The position numbers were made by a program, and so were the translations under genes. 64,000 bases of DNA from Terriglobia bacterium (GTDB lineage Bacteria > Acidobacteriota > Terriglobia > 20CM-2-55-15). The stretch is from assembly GCA_965198225.1 (NCBI GenBank), contig CBDAOY010000008.1:1056001-1120000 (forward strand), in the 5' to 3' direction. This document shows, one piece after another, positions 1 to 11,479 of the stretch. Under the pieces are notes generated by a model, which saw nothing but the letters and a program-made list of their open reading frames with translations, ran no database searches and had not been told where the DNA came from. Numbering within the stretch: the stretch's first letter is position 1; each line of letters starts with the position of its first letter.

Positions 1-40
1 ACCGCGGAAGTCGGGCTAGGAGCAGGCTCGAACCAAGCGT

Positions 41-2710
41 CTACACCGTACGAAATAGATCCGACTGGTCGGATATCGCGGCCTGTGCCGCGGCCAGACG
101 TGCGATCGGCACACGGTACGGCGAACAACTCACGTAGTGCAGGCCGACGTCGTGAAAGAACCGGATCGAAGCCGGATCGCCTCCGTGCTCTCCGCAGATG
201 CCTAGCTTGAGATCGGAACGCACTTCGCGGCCCTTCTCGCACGCCATTCGAACCAATCCCCCGACACCCTCCTCATCGAGCTGTTGGAACGGATCCGCTT
301 CCAGGATTCCGCGGCGCACGTACGCATCGATGAACTTTCCGGCATCGTCCCGCGAAAACCCGAAAGCGGTTTGCGTGAGGTCGTTTGTCCCGAACGAGAA
401 GAACTGGGCAGATTCGGCAATCTTGTCCGCCACGACGGCGGCTCGCGGCAACTCGATCATCGTGCCGGTCAGAAACTCCACGCGCACGCCGCGTTCCACG
501 AACACGTCTTCTGAGACCCGGTCCACGATCGCTTTCTGCTCTTCGAGTTCCCTGGGATGTCCCACCAACGGGACCATGATCTCGGGCCGGACCGTCATTC
601 CTTCTCCGTGGACCGTGCAGGCCGCTTCGATAATCGCCCGTACCTGCATCTCCGAAATCTCAGGATGCGTGATCCCCAACCGGCAGCCCCGGTGGCCGAG
701 CATCGGGTTGAACTCGAACAGATCTTCCACACGCATGAGTAGAGATTCCCGTTCTTCAATCTCGTCTTCACCGGCGCCACGTTGCTTCAAGAGCGCCACC
801 TCGACCATCAGCTCTTCCCTCTTGGGCAGGAACTCGTGAAGCGGTGGATCCAGCAGTCGAATCGTGACCGGAAGACCGTCCATCACACGGAACAGCTCAG
901 TAAAGTCCTGGCGCTGGACCGGCAACAGCTTCGCGACGGCTTCTCGCCGCTGGACCGAACTGGAGGCGAGAATCATCTCCTGTACGATAGCGAGCCGATC
1001 CTCGGCGAAGAACATGTGCTCTGTCCGACACAAGCCGATTCCTTCGGCGCCGAACTTCCGGGCGACTTGTGCATCACGGGGAACGTCGGCGTTCGTCCGC
1101 ACACCGAGACGCCGAATCTTGTCGGCCATCCCCATGAATTCGGCAAAATCGCCCGTGTTCGGGTCCGGTTCTACGGTCTGGACCCGCCCCTCGATCACGC
1201 GGCCGTTCGAGCCGTCCAGCGTGATGAAATCCCCCTCATGAAACCGGCGGCCTGCGACCTCGAGGGTCTTCTTGCGCTCGTCGATCTGCAAAGCCTCGAC
1301 ACCCGCCACACAGCACTTGCCCATGCCCCGCGCCACGACGGCGGCGTGGCTGGTCATCCCGCCCCTGGAGGTCAGGATCCCGGCTGCGACTTCCATCCCG
1401 TGGATGTCGTCGGGTACGGTTTCCTTGCGCACCAGGATGACTTTCTCGCGGCCACCCTGCTCTGCTGCCTCATCGGCAGAAAACACGATCCTTCCGGTCG
1501 CGGCCCCCGGAGATGCCGGCAAGCCGGTCGCGATCACGTCGTGGTCCCCGTCGGGATCCAGCTGAGGATGCAACAACTGATCCAGCTGCGCGGGATCGAC
1601 CCGCATGATGGCCTGCGTCTCGTCGATCAACCCCTCGCGAACCATTTCCACGGCGATCCGGACCGCCGCTGGCCCGGTCCGCTTGCCGTTCCGGGTCTGG
1701 AGCATGTAAAGACGACGCTCCTGAATCGTGAACTCGAAATCCTGCACGTCGCGATAGTGCTTTTCCAGACGCGTGGTGATGTCGCGCAACTGGTCGTAGA
1801 CGTCCGGCATCACGGTCTCGAGTTCGGCGATCGGCACCGGCGTCCTGATGCCGGCGACGACGTCCTCTCCCTGGGCGTTCATCAGGAACTCCCCGTAGAA
1901 CTCGTGTGCACCCGTCGAGGGATTTCGCGTGAAACCAACGCCGGTGCCGGAGGTGTCACCCATGTTGCCGAAGACCATCGCCTGGACGTTGACGGCGGTC
2001 CCGAGCTCGGCTGGAATCTGGTTCATCCGGCGGTAATGGATAGCGCGGGGGTTGTTCCAGGAACCAAACACCGCGTTGATAGCGAGCCGCAGCTGCTCGT
2101 GGGGTTCGTCCGGAAATTCACTTCCCGTCGTTTTCGTCACGGCCTTCTTGTACGCGTTTGCGATCCCGGCCAGTGTCTCGGCCGACAGTTCCGTGTCATC
2201 GGTCACTCCGGCCTGATCTTTTGCCTGGTCGAGGATGTCATCGAAGGCTTCCTTGGGCACCTGCAGCACGACGTTGCCGAACATCTGGATGAAACGCCGA
2301 TAGCTGTCCCAGGCAAACCGGGGATTCTCGGTCCTACGGGCCATGGCGTCGACCGTCGTGGGGTTCAGACCCAGGTTCAAGATCGTGTCCATCATTCCCG
2401 GCATCGAAAACTTCGCTCCGGATCGAACCGACACGAGCAATGGCTTTTCCACGTCGCCGAGCTTCTGATCGGTCACCTTCTCGAGCCGAGCGAGGGCCGA
2501 TTTCACTTGATCTTCCACTGCGGCGTCTGGCGCTCCATCGGATGCGTAGTAGATCTTGCAAACGTCGGTGCTGATGGTAAAACCGGGTGGCACGGGTAGT
2601 CCGGCCTTGCTCATCTCGGCGAGCCCGGCCCCTTTGCCGCCGAGCAGATCTTTCATGACCCCGTTGCCCTCGGCTCCACCTTCGCCGAAGAAGTACACGT
2701 ATTGGCTCAT
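41..2710 (-). CDS. ppdK: pyruvate, phosphate dikinase
   Basis: 889 aa; LLGGKGA, VSVRSGA, GGMTSHAAVVAR phospho-His motif, GIGLCRTEHMF, FSFGTNDLTQ. Confidence 0.98.
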   Translation of the reverse strand: MSQYVYFFGEGGAEGNGVMKDLLGGKGAGLAEMSKAGLPVPPGFTISTDVCKIYYASDGAPDAAVEDQVKSALARLEKVTDQKLGDVEKPLLVSVRSGAKFSMPGMMDTILNLGLNPTTVDAMARRTENPRFAWDSYRRFIQMFGNVVLQVPKEAFDDILDQAKDQAGVTDDTELSAETLAGIANAYKKAVTKTTGSEFPDEPHEQLRLAINAVFGSWNNPRAIHYRRMNQIPAELGTAVNVQAMVFGNMGDTSGTGVGFTRNPSTGAHEFYGEFLMNAQGEDVVAGIRTPVPIAELETVMPDVYDQLRDITTRLEKHYRDVQDFEFTIQERRLYMLQTRNGKRTGPAAVRIAVEMVREGLIDETQAIMRVDPAQLDQLLHPQLDPDGDHDVIATGLPASPGAATGRIVFSADEAAEQGGREKVILVRKETVPDDIHGMEVAAGILTSRGGMTSHAAVVARGMGKCCVAGVEALQIDERKKTLEVAGRRFHEGDFITLDGSNGRVIEGRVQTVEPDPNTGDFAEFMGMADKIRRLGVRTNADVPRDAQVARKFGAEGIGLCRTEHMFFAEDRLAIVQEMILASSSVQRREAVAKLLPVQRQDFTELFRVMDGLPVTIRLLDPPLHEFLPKREELMVEVALLKQRGAGEDEIEERESLLMRVEDLFEFNPMLGHRGCRLGITHPEISEMQVRAIIEAACTVHGEGMTVRPEIMVPLVGHPRELEEQKAIVDRVSEDVFVERGVRVEFLTGTMIELPRAAVVADKIAESAQFFSFGTNDLTQTAFGFSRDDAGKFIDAYVRRGILEADPFQQLDEEGVGGLVRMACEKGREVRSDLKLGICGEHGGDPASIRFFHDVGLHYVSCSPYRVPIARLAAAQAAISDQSDLFRTV

Positions 2711-2732
2711 TCTCGCAGTTCCCTACGCCATT

Positions 2733-4796
2733 TCAGCCGGACACCACGACTTCGGAAATATCCGCGACCTGGAGGAATGTCTCAAACAAGTTTTTCAGCA
2801 GCACCAGCCGGCGCATCCGGACCGACGCATCTTCGTGCATGACCATAATCTTGTCGAAGAATTCGTCCACCGGGGCGCGGAGATCCGCCATCTGTTCGAG
2901 TATCTTCCCGTACTCGCCCTCTCGGGTCCAGGCAGCGACCTGCGGCTCCAGATTACGCAGCGCCGAAGCGAGAACTTCCTCGGCCGGCTCCAGGTCGTCA
3001 CCCTCGACATCTCCCAGGATCGCCTGACCGCGTTTTTCCGACTGCTTGAGGATGTTCTTGATTCGCTTGAAGGCGGTCGCGATGGCAACCAGGTCGGGGC
3101 TCTGACGAACGTCGTGCAACGCTTCGACGCGTGCCAGGACGTCGGACGGGCTGTCGGAGCTGGTGGCCAGAACTGCGCTGATCTCGTCGTAGGCGAAACC
3201 TCGCCGGCCCAGGATGTATCGGAGGCGATCCTCCCAGAATGCGCGAACGGCGTTGGCGCGCTCGCCTTCCAGCCGGGAGTCGGACGCCAGTACTCCCTCC
3301 AGCGAGAAAGGCAGGCCGTGGTCAAGCAGCGTCTTGATGATCCCCTGCGTCTGTCTGCGGAGCCCGAGCGGGTCCGCTGAGCCGGTCGGGATCAAGCCCA
3401 CCGAAAAACATCCGATCACGGTGTCCAGGCTGTCAGTCAGGGATACAACGACGCCCGTCGGTGTGTCCGGCGACCGATCTTCAAGGCTCTGCGGTTTGTA
3501 CTGATCGTAGATCGCCCGCCACAGTTCCTCCGGGGCACCTTCGCGGCGGGCGTACAATCCTCCGACGACGCCCTGCAGGCCGGGGAACTCACCGACCAGG
3601 TCCGTCGTCAAGTCCGATTTCGCCCAGCGGAGGGCCGTATCCAGGACGTCGCTTGGAACGACCGATCCGGTCAATTGCCTTACCGGCCCGGCAAGCGCCC
3701 GCATCCGGTCAACCTTCTCGGCATAGGTTCCCAATTCCTTCTGGAAGACAATCGACTTCAAGCCGGCAGTCCGCTGCTCCAGGGTCTGCTTAGCATCGAC
3801 TTCCCAGAAAAACAGCGCATCGCTCAACCGTGCTCGAAGCACGCGTTCGTGCCCGACCCGTATCAGTCCCCGGCGGTCCTCGTTCGTGTTCATCACGGCC
3901 AGGAAATACGGCAGCAGCGAACCCTCACTGGTTTCGAGCGCGAAATACTTCTGGTGTTCCCGCATCACGCTGATCAGGACCTCTCTCGGCACCTCGAGAA
4001 AACGCTCTTCGAACCGGCCTACGATGACGGTCGGATATTCGTTGATGTAGACCACTTCTTCCAGCAGCCGTTGATCGGACACGAGGCGGGCATCTAAACG
4101 GGATGCAGCCTCCGTCAGCTCGGCCTCGACCTTCTGTTTCCTGGATTTCTCGGAAACCAGGACGAAGTTGTTCTCAAGCTTGCGAACGTAATCATCGAAG
4201 GAATCGACGGCGATCGAGCGTCGGCCCAGGATCCGGTGGCCGTCGGTCGCCGATCCCGAACCGACGCCAAACAACTCCAGGGGGACCGTGCTTCCACCAA
4301 GGAGTGCCAGCACCCAACGGATCGGACGGGCGAACCGCTGCCGGTCATGGGTCCAGTACATCATCTTGGGAAAAGTCAGGGATCCCACGACGGCCGGGAT
4401 CCCGGCCGTAAGGACTTCCGAAGCCGTCTTACCCTCGATTCGGGCTTCGAACCCCATGTACTCCCCGCGTTCGGTCTCGATGACGTCGAGGGTGTCGACG
4501 GCGACGCCGGATTTCCGCGCGAAACCTTCGAGCGCCTTCGAGGGTTTACCCTCCTGGAACGCGATGGCCTTAGGGGGGCCAAGCTTTGTCTCGGTGCGGG
4601 TCTCCTGGCCTTCTGCAAGTCCCACGACGCGAACGACCAGCCGGCGCGCCGATCCGAGCGTCTCGACGCCGGCGTGGGCGAGCTTCTCTTCGTCCAGCAA
4701 CGTTTCGAAGCGCTGCTTCAGATCGTCCAGCGCGCGACGCATCGCCCGGGCCGGAATCTCTTCGCACCCGATTTCCAGGAGGAACTCACTCGCCAC
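2733..4796 (-). CDS. glyS: glycine--tRNA ligase beta subunit
   Basis: [12 protein letters not shown]-terminus, [20 protein letters not shown]; start chosen at GTG 4796, overlapping the glyQ stop. Confidence 0.95.
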   Translation of the reverse strand: MASEFLLEIGCEEIPARAMRRALDDLKQRFETLLDEEKLAHAGVETLGSARRLVVRVVGLAEGQETRTETKLGPPKAIAFQEGKPSKALEGFARKSGVAVDTLDVIETERGEYMGFEARIEGKTASEVLTAGIPAVVGSLTFPKMMYWTHDRQRFARPIRWVLALLGGSTVPLELFGVGSGSATDGHRILGRRSIAVDSFDDYVRKLENNFVLVSEKSRKQKVEAELTEAASRLDARLVSDQRLLEEVVYINEYPTVIVGRFEERFLEVPREVLISVMREHQKYFALETSEGSLLPYFLAVMNTNEDRRGLIRVGHERVLRARLSDALFFWEVDAKQTLEQRTAGLKSIVFQKELGTYAEKVDRMRALAGPVRQLTGSVVPSDVLDTALRWAKSDLTTDLVGEFPGLQGVVGGLYARREGAPEELWRAIYDQYKPQSLEDRSPDTPTGVVVSLTDSLDTVIGCFSVGLIPTGSADPLGLRRQTQGIIKTLLDHGLPFSLEGVLASDSRLEGERANAVRAFWEDRLRYILGRRGFAYDEISAVLATSSDSPSDVLARVEALHDVRQSPDLVAIATAFKRIKNILKQSEKRGQAILGDVEGDDLEPAEEVLASALRNLEPQVAAWTREGEYGKILEQMADLRAPVDEFFDKIMVMHEDASVRMRRLVLLKNLFETFLQVADISEVVVSG

Positions 4797-5685
4797 GAGC
4801 CACCCCCTCTTCATCGGCCGTTCCCAACAAGGGGAACCCGAGGCTTTTGCGGCTCGCGAGATAGGCTTTAGCGACGGCCACGGCCAGAACTCGAACACGA
4901 GCGATCATCCGTGCCCGCTCGGTCACGCTGATCGCTCCCCGGGCGTCGAGCACGTTGAATATGTGGGAGCACTTCAGGCAGTTCTCGTATGAAGCCAGCA
5001 CGAGATCCTCGTCGATCAGATGATTCGATTCCTCTTCGAATTCTTCGAAGAGTCGAAAGTAACGCTCGATGTCGGCGCACTCGAAGTAATACTTCGAAAA
5101 CTCGAACTCGTCGCGCTGACGCACTTCTCCGTAGGACACCCGATCGTTCCACGGAAGGTCGAAGACATTGTCCACGTCGTTGAGGAACATGGCGATACGC
5201 TCCAACCCAAAAGTGATCTCGCCTGATATCGGCATGAGATCCAGGCCGCCGGCCTGTTGAAAGTACGTAAACTGTGTGATTTCCTGCCCGTCGAGCATCA
5301 CCTGCCAACCGACCCCGGCCGCTCCCAGCGTGGGGGCTTCCCAGTTGTCTTCCTCGAACTTGATGTCGTGTTCCTCCAGTCTGATGCCCATGGCCGTAAG
5401 CGAGTTCAGGTAGATCGTTTGGATGTCGGCCGGCGGCGGCTTGAGGATGACCTGCAGCTGGTGGTGCTTTTCGAGGCGGTTCGGATTCTCGCCGTATCGG
5501 CCGTCTGCCGGTCGCCGGGACGGCTCGACGTAGGCGACCCGGTAGGGTTCGGGTCCGAGCACCCTCAGGAATGTTTCGGGATGCATGGTGCCCGCGCCGA
5601 CTTCGACGTCATAGGGTTGCTGCAGAACGCAGCCCTGCCGGCCCCAGAAATCCATCATCGACTGAATGAGATCTTGAAAGTTCAT
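4786..5685 (-). CDS. glyQ: glycine--tRNA ligase alpha subunit
   Basis: [39 protein letters not shown]; ATG at 5685. Confidence 0.97.
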   Translation of the reverse strand: MNFQDLIQSMMDFWGRQGCVLQQPYDVEVGAGTMHPETFLRVLGPEPYRVAYVEPSRRPADGRYGENPNRLEKHHQLQVILKPPPADIQTIYLNSLTAMGIRLEEHDIKFEEDNWEAPTLGAAGVGWQVMLDGQEITQFTYFQQAGGLDLMPISGEITFGLERIAMFLNDVDNVFDLPWNDRVSYGEVRQRDEFEFSKYYFECADIERYFRLFEEFEEESNHLIDEDLVLASYENCLKCSHIFNVLDARGAISVTERARMIARVRVLAVAVAKAYLASRKSLGFPLLGTADEEGVARGE

Positions 5686-6389
5686 CGCTCGAAGTAGTGT
5701 TCGATCCAGAGCTTGTTGAGTTGCCGGATGTGTTGCAAACCCTCCGGGTCCGGCGCTACCGCCTCGGCATCGAGCGAGGTCGTCAGGATCCGGCCGAGTA
5801 TCGCTATCGTCGAAAACGGCACCTGGGTTCCGTTGCCCGACCCGCATCCCGCGCAAGCAACCGCCGTCAGACCGGAGAGGAGGGTGCGTTCTTCTTCCCG
5901 GTCCAGAGCGCGTGAGCAGGCAGAGCACGTGAACATGTCGGGAAAGACGCCCGCGAGGCGGAGCATCCACACCTCGAAATAGCAGCGAGCCAAATCGAGG
6001 GGACAGCCGGCCACGAGCGCACGCCGCGCAAGGCTGAACAGCCGAAAAACGGCATCCTGGACCTCGTAATCCGGCAGGAAACGGTCGACGAGATCGGCTA
6101 TGTGGCTGGCCAGGATAGCCCGGTCATAGTCCTCGAACAGCTTCATCGGCGAGTCGATGAGCTCGGAGGAGCGGATCCGGACCAGTTCCCGGTTCTCCTT
6201 CCGGAAGAACGTTACCCTCGACTGCGCCAGTGGTTCCAGCGATGCTCCGAACCGGCTCTTGATTCTGCGCGCGCCGTTCGCGACGCCACGGACCTTCCCG
6301 TACTCCCGGCTGAAGAACACGACGATCCGATCCGCCTCAGCGAGAGGATACGTCTTTAGTATGATGGAGTCGCTCTCATGAAGCGGCAT
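5682..6389 (-). CDS. recO: DNA repair protein RecO
   Basis: [16 protein letters not shown], CxxC...CxxC zinc finger; upstream of glyQS. Confidence 0.93.
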   Translation of the reverse strand: MPLHESDSIILKTYPLAEADRIVVFFSREYGKVRGVANGARRIKSRFGASLEPLAQSRVTFFRKENRELVRIRSSELIDSPMKLFEDYDRAILASHIADLVDRFLPDYEVQDAVFRLFSLARRALVAGCPLDLARCYFEVWMLRLAGVFPDMFTCSACSRALDREEERTLLSGLTAVACAGCGSGNGTQVPFSTIAILGRILTTSLDAEAVAPDPEGLQHIRQLNKLWIEHYFER

Positions 6390-6420
6390 GGTCCACACTG
6401 ATCGTGGCACGACCAACCGT

Positions 6421-6458
6421 CAGAACGGGGCCCATTCTCCAGAACGGGGTCCATTTTC
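6421..6458. repeat. two tandem 19-bp direct repeats between divergent recO and pfkB-like genes
   Basis: cagaacggggcccattctc / cagaacggggtccattttc. Confidence 0.7.
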
Positions 6459-6467
6459 GATTTAAAC

Positions 6468-7421
6468 ATGTCGAGCCGAGGCAATTCCACCACGATTCCC
6501 AACTCGTTTGATGTCGTCGGTCTGGGTCTCAACGCGATGGACTACATCTCCATCCTGCCCCGATTTCCCGAGCCCCACTCCAAACTACCCATCCGGGAAG
6601 TGCGCCTCGAACCCGGCGGACAGGTCGCCACCGCGCTGACCACCTGCCGGCGTCTGGGCCTATCGGCGCGCTACATTGGCTCGGTCGGTTCGGACTACCT
6701 GGGGCGCCTCCAGATCGAAAGTCTCGAGCAGGAGGGTCTGGAGACGACCGGGGTGCGAATCGTGGCGGGGGCGACGAGCCAGGTAGCTTTCATTCTCGTC
6801 GAGGACGGAGTCGGGGAGCGAACGATCTTGTGGCACCGTGACGAGCGACTCATCTTTCCACCCGAAGCGCTGTCGAAGGACTCCGTCGTATCCGGTCGCA
6901 TCCTCCATCTGGATGGCCGGGATTCCAAAGCCGCGCCCCAGGCGGCCCGTTGGGCGAAGCAGGCCTCGATCCCGATCGTCATCGACATCGATCAAATCTA
7001 CGACGAAACAACCGAGGAGCTGCTCTCGCTCGTGGACTACCTGATCGCCGCCGAAGACTTTGCCCTGCCCCTGACCGACCGAACCGATCCCGTTGAAGCG
7101 GCTCGAGCCTTGTCGGACCGATACGGGGCGGCGGTCACCGGAATCACTCTTGGCGCCTCAGGGACCGTCTTCATACAGGAAGACCACGAGCTGAGAAGTC
7201 CCGCTTTCGACGTCCCGGTCGTAGACACTACCGGGGCCGGAGACGTCTTCCACGGTGCGTTCATATACGGTGTGCTCGAGGGTTGGGGCCTGGAAGAGAC
7301 AATCCGTTTCTCCCACGCGGTAGCGGCTATGAACTGTATGAAGATCGGTGCGCGGGCGGGAATACCGAAGCTGGAAGAAGCGAGGGAGTTTCTACGAAGT
7401 CGCGGGATGGTCAGCCCTTGA
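6468..7421 (+). CDS. PfkB/ribokinase-family carbohydrate kinase
   Basis: PGGQVA, GSVGSD, VDTTGAGDVFHG signature. Confidence 0.9.
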   Translation: MSSRGNSTTIPNSFDVVGLGLNAMDYISILPRFPEPHSKLPIREVRLEPGGQVATALTTCRRLGLSARYIGSVGSDYLGRLQIESLEQEGLETTGVRIVAGATSQVAFILVEDGVGERTILWHRDERLIFPPEALSKDSVVSGRILHLDGRDSKAAPQAARWAKQASIPIVIDIDQIYDETTEELLSLVDYLIAAEDFALPLTDRTDPVEAARALSDRYGAAVTGITLGASGTVFIQEDHELRSPAFDVPVVDTTGAGDVFHGAFIYGVLEGWGLEETIRFSHAVAAMNCMKIGARAGIPKLEEAREFLRSRGMVSP

Positions 7422-8610
7422 AGGGCCGCCGTCTGTAGTCTCTCGCTTCGCGCTTGATATCCTCGGCACAATCCAGGGCGAGTACGGCATCGTACCGCTC
7501 CAGTGCCTCGGAGCGCTGATTGCGGGAGTCGAATATCTTCCCCATCCACAGGTAGGACCGTCCCTTCAGGTCGTCGCCCGCCTCATCACTGACGGCGACC
7601 TTCTCGAAAGCGACCACGGCCTCGTCGAGGCTCAGCCCTTCGGTTTCGAACCCATGAACGTTGATCTCACCGATCTTGTAGAGCACGGAATCGATTTCGA
7701 GCCTGTCGTAATCATCCTGACCGGTCTTAGCCTTGGCGAGGACGGAACCGTAGACTTCGCTCGCACGAACCCACTCTTCTTTCCGTTCGTAGATCGACGC
7801 TTTGCCCAATTCGAGAAGGAAGTTCCTCGGGTAGCGCGAGTGCAGGTCGTTGAGAACCTCCAGAGCCTTGTCGTATTCTTTCTCGCGGTTGTAGATGACG
7901 ATCAGCACCATCTTCGCATTCGTGGTGGCCCGGCGGCCGAGTTGGGCGGCATACTCCAACTGCTCGATGCCACCCTCCTTGTCCCCACCCCGTATGCCAA
8001 TGAACCCGAGCAGAAAACGGACGAAGCCCGGAATCGCGCCCAGCGCGTAGTCATAGGTGCCGATCGTCAGTCGGGCGTCGTTATAGGATGGGTCGATCGC
8101 GAGGACCCGTATGTGGTATTCGCGGGCCTTCTTCGCTTCACCGTTGGCTTTGAGGTAAGCACGCCTGACTGTCGCCTCGAAGCTGGCGAGCGTGCCGTGG
8201 GCGACGCCCAGCGCGTATAGCGCCTCGATATCGTCGGGATGTTCCGCCAGTATCGCCCCGCCGGCCTCGATGGCCCGGGCCAGCGTGCCGCGAAGGCGGG
8301 CTTCGGTTTCAGCATCGACTGAATCATTGGAATCGCTCGTGCCAAGCCTGGAGCCCGAGTAGCTGTCCAGGTTCATTTTTTCCTGCTCGTAGACGATCTT
8401 CAGCCAGATCGACGACGCCAAGAGGTTCCAGTATCCCGGGTTGGTCGGATCCTCCTCCGTCAGCTGCAGGAATTTTCCTTCAGCGAGGTCAAAATCGAGG
8501 CTGTACAATGCTTCTAGAGCCTCCGGATCGATCGTTTGACCCGCCATCCGTCCAGCATCGACCAACAGGAACGATACGACCAGAAGCCCTACCAGAACCC
8601 GGCGAGGCAC
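7411..8610 (-). CDS. exported tetratricopeptide-repeat protein
   Basis: Hydrophobic signal-like N-terminus followed by several TPR-like helical repeats; start uncertain because the longer ORF overlaps the rhomboid gene. Confidence 0.7.
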   Translation of the reverse strand: MPRRVLVGLLVVSFLLVDAGRMAGQTIDPEALEALYSLDFDLAEGKFLQLTEEDPTNPGYWNLLASSIWLKIVYEQEKMNLDSYSGSRLGTSDSNDSVDAETEARLRGTLARAIEAGGAILAEHPDDIEALYALGVAHGTLASFEATVRRAYLKANGEAKKAREYHIRVLAIDPSYNDARLTIGTYDYALGAIPGFVRFLLGFIGIRGGDKEGGIEQLEYAAQLGRRATTNAKMVLIVIYNREKEYDKALEVLNDLHSRYPRNFLLELGKASIYERKEEWVRASEVYGSVLAKAKTGQDDYDRLEIDSVLYKIGEINVHGFETEGLSLDEAVVAFEKVAVSDEAGDDLKGRSYLWMGKIFDSRNQRSEALERYDAVLALDCAEDIKREARDYRRRPFKG

Positions 8611-8611
8611 G

Positions 8612-9301
8612 ATGATCCCTTTTCGAGACAACATCCAATCCCGAACGCGTCCCCTCGTCACGGTGTCGCTCATCATCTTCAATTCGCTGGTTTTCCTGTA
8701 CGAGCTATCTCTGGGCCAGGACCTGATGCCCTTCATGTACGAGTACGGTGTTGTACCGATTAATGTAATCCAATGGCCAGCTTCGGGACAATCCCTGGTG
8801 TCGATCGTCATCCCGTTTTTCACATCCATGTTTCTACACGGCGGATGGTTCCACCTGATCGGCAACATGTGGTACCTCTGGATTTTCGGTGACAACGTCG
8901 AAGATCGACTCGGCCACGGGGGCTTTTTCCTCTTTTACATCGTCGCCGGCCTCGGCGCCGGCGCAGTTCACACCGCGCTCAACTACTACGTCACGATTCC
9001 GAGCGTCGGTGCGAGCGGGGCGATCGCAGGCGTTTTGGGCGCCTATCTCCTCCTGTATCCTTTTGCGCGCATACTGACCCTGATTCCGTTGTTCTTCTTC
9101 TGGCAAATCATAGAGATTCCCGCGATCATCGTTCTCGGATTCTGGTTCGTCATGCAGTTCCTGTCGGGAGCCAGTTCCCTCTCCGTCGCCGATCCGGCCG
9201 CCGGCGGCGTCGCCTGGTGGGCCCATATCGGCGGCTTCGTCGTGGGCATGATCCTGCTCGGACTCATGCCCCGCAAGCCCGACAATCGCACCCACGCGTA
9301 A
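8612..9301 (+). CDS. rhomboid-family intramembrane serine protease
   Basis: MFLHGGWFHLIGNM, GASGA (catalytic Ser), AWWAHIGGF (catalytic His). Confidence 0.93.
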   Translation: MIPFRDNIQSRTRPLVTVSLIIFNSLVFLYELSLGQDLMPFMYEYGVVPINVIQWPASGQSLVSIVIPFFTSMFLHGGWFHLIGNMWYLWIFGDNVEDRLGHGGFFLFYIVAGLGAGAVHTALNYYVTIPSVGASGAIAGVLGAYLLLYPFARILTLIPLFFFWQIIEIPAIIVLGFWFVMQFLSGASSLSVADPAAGGVAWWAHIGGFVVGMILLGLMPRKPDNRTHA

Positions 9302-9371
9302 CTTCAGAAGGCTCGCAGGCCCCTGTTCTGTTTGACCCGCGAACCAGGGCATTGGTTAGTATTCGGATAGT

Positions 9372-9458
9372 TAACCACGGAGGCACTGAGGCACGGAGGT
9401 CTTTGTGATTCTGATTCAAGAGACCCCCTCGCTCCGCGCCTTCGCGCATCCGTGGTTA
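9372..9458. repeat. palindromic intergenic repeat with ~9-bp periodicity
   Basis: TAACCACGGA...TCCGTGGTTA inverted ends between convergent genes. Confidence 0.6.
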
Positions 9459-10361
9459 GATCTCGGAACGTCTTGCTAGGCGTTGCTTCGGCCAGCCGAC
9501 CAGGTCGGCGTGTCCGACGATCAACTCGGATCGCCCCCCGTCGATGTGCGCCAGACGGCGCTCCCGCCATTTTCGCAGCTCCGACGCCCGATCGGGGGCA
9601 ATCTCGGTTGCGGCGTCGAGCCAACCGTCGAGCAGTGCCCGCTGCAACGCCGGATGGGCACGTTGGACACGCCAGTCGCTCGGCTCACTGCGGGTGCGGT
9701 AGCCGCAGTCCTCAAAAATCTCGGCGGCCCTCCTCGCGGCGCCGGGACCAAGTGATAAGCCAAAACCCTTTTCCCTGATCTGATGTGTATTGAAGAGCTC
9801 GCGCACATCCCGATCTTCCGGTTCCGAAGGACTGCAGTCGATGCGGCCGTCGTAGCTCAGCGCGAACCACACGGATGCCCGGGCGTTCATCGAGCGTTCG
9901 GCCAACCCCGCCAGCCAGTCTTCCGACACCAGATCGAGTAGAGCAGACGCGGTAACCAGACCTCGTTCCGGTAGGACCAGGCGATCGAGTTCGGTCGCGA
10001 GATCGATGACCACGCTGCGGATGCGGCACTCGAACCGGTTCGTGCGAACGACGAGCTGAGCCTTGCCGTCAAAGACGCGAGCGCCGGACGAATCCGCCCA
10101 GGTTCGTATTCGGTCACCTGCGGCCTCGAGTAGCGATCGATCGCTATCGACCAACACCCAGTCCTGCGGACCGCCGAGCAGCGGCGCGAGGTAACGCAGA
10201 TTGGCACCGGTGCCTGCGCCTAGATCGGCAACCTGAATCGGCTGGTCAAGCCCTTCTGTCGAGCGAACCGCTTCCAGGATCGTCGCCGCGAGGTTGGCGT
10301 TGCGCGAGGCATTGTCGAGCGGTTCCCGCAGGCTGAGCCATTCGGCCGAGAAACCGGTCAC
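9456..10361 (-). CDS. class I SAM-dependent methyltransferase-like protein
   Basis: DLGAGTGAN motif I; WLSLREPLD N-terminus; LVTASALLDL. Confidence 0.8.
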   Translation of the reverse strand: MTGFSAEWLSLREPLDNASRNANLAATILEAVRSTEGLDQPIQVADLGAGTGANLRYLAPLLGGPQDWVLVDSDRSLLEAAGDRIRTWADSSGARVFDGKAQLVVRTNRFECRIRSVVIDLATELDRLVLPERGLVTASALLDLVSEDWLAGLAERSMNARASVWFALSYDGRIDCSPSEPEDRDVRELFNTHQIREKGFGLSLGPGAARRAAEIFEDCGYRTRSEPSDWRVQRAHPALQRALLDGWLDAATEIAPDRASELRKWRERRLAHIDGGRSELIVGHADLVGWPKQRLARRSEI

Positions 10362-11479
10362 GTCGTGCTCACCAGATCATGGAGCGCGACGGCAAACTGC
10401 TTAGACGCCTGGTTCCAGGTCGGCAGCGTCTTCCGCGCAGCGAGCGCGTTCGAGGCCAGGCGTCGGCGGGTCTCCGGGTCGTCCATGAGCTTTGCCAAAG
10501 CTCGGGCCAGCGCTCGTGAATCGCCCGGGCGCACGAGCACGCCAGCACTCGAAGGCACGGTCTCGGGAATCGCTCCCGCCACGGTGCTGACGACGGGGAG
10601 GCCGTGAGCGACGGCCTCCGCAAGCGCCATGCCGTAACCTTCCAGATGAGACGCGAGCACGAACAGGTCCGTCCGTGCGTAGAGGCGATCGAGCTCCGGT
10701 CGGTCTACTTCTCCGAGCAAGCTGACTCTCGGACCGAGCCTCAGCCGGTCAATCTGCCGGCGCAACGCATCGGTCGTCGCGGGGTCCCGGGTCCGACTCC
10801 CCGCACAGTACAGATGCCAAGCCCTGGAGCCGAGACGCGCCAGCGCGTCGAACAACACACTGTGACCTTTGCGCGGCGTCAACGTCGCAACGCAGAGCAG
10901 GTTCAGCGATGCCTCGTCGCCGGCTCGTAGCTTCCTTCGAGCCCCTTGTCTTTCGGGTCCGCCCGACACGAGATCCACACCTGGCGTGACGACGCGGATC
11001 CGCTCGGCTGCAACGCCGAATTCGCTCAGCTTGCGCGACGTCCAGTGACTCGTCACCATTACTCGCCGAACGAGTTCAAGCGAAGCGCGTTCCGATTCGC
11101 GGAGGACTCGTGCCGTTTCCGTATCCAGACCGGTTTCCAGGGCGACTGGATGATGGATCAGGGCGACGAGACGGAGGCGCTCCGCCTCCGCGTCCAAGAG
11201 GTTCGACAAGCCGCCCAACGCCAGGCTGTCGATGACGACGATCTGCCCGTCTGGTATGCCGGCGAGTACGCTCTGGGCATGATCCAGGGCTGGAACCGTC
11301 GGCAGGGGGAAACTCACATCGAGAGAATGCACATCGACATGCCAGCCCAGGCTGCCCAGCCCATCGACGATGCGCCGGTCGTAGACGTACCCTCCGGTCT
11401 CGGTCTCGGGATCGCCGGGCACCAGCAGGGTCAGCCTGGGTGGGTTGTCCTCGATCGCAGACTCTCGCGTAGGGCTCAC
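10358..11479 (-). CDS. glycosyltransferase family 4
   Basis: [22 protein letters not shown] (EX7E); GTG start coupled to the upstream stop. Confidence 0.9.
   Translation of the reverse strand: MSPTRESAIEDNPPRLTLLVPGDPETETGGYVYDRRIVDGLGSLGWHVDVHSLDVSFPLPTVPALDHAQSVLAGIPDGQIVVIDSLALGGLSNLLDAEAERLRLVALIHHPVALETGLDTETARVLRESERASLELVRRVMVTSHWTSRKLSEFGVAAERIRVVTPGVDLVSGGPERQGARRKLRAGDEASLNLLCVATLTPRKGHSVLFDALARLGSRAWHLYCAGSRTRDPATTDALRRQIDRLRLGPRVSLLGEVDRPELDRLYARTDLFVLASHLEGYGMALAEAVAHGLPVVSTVAGAIPETVPSSAGVLVRPGDSRALARALAKLMDDPETRRRLASNALAARKTLPTWNQASKQFAVALHDLVSTT

Noticed and set aside
782-2599. 605-aa ORF antisense to ppdK
   Set aside because: Shadow ORF typical of GC-rich conserved genes; no recognisable motifs.
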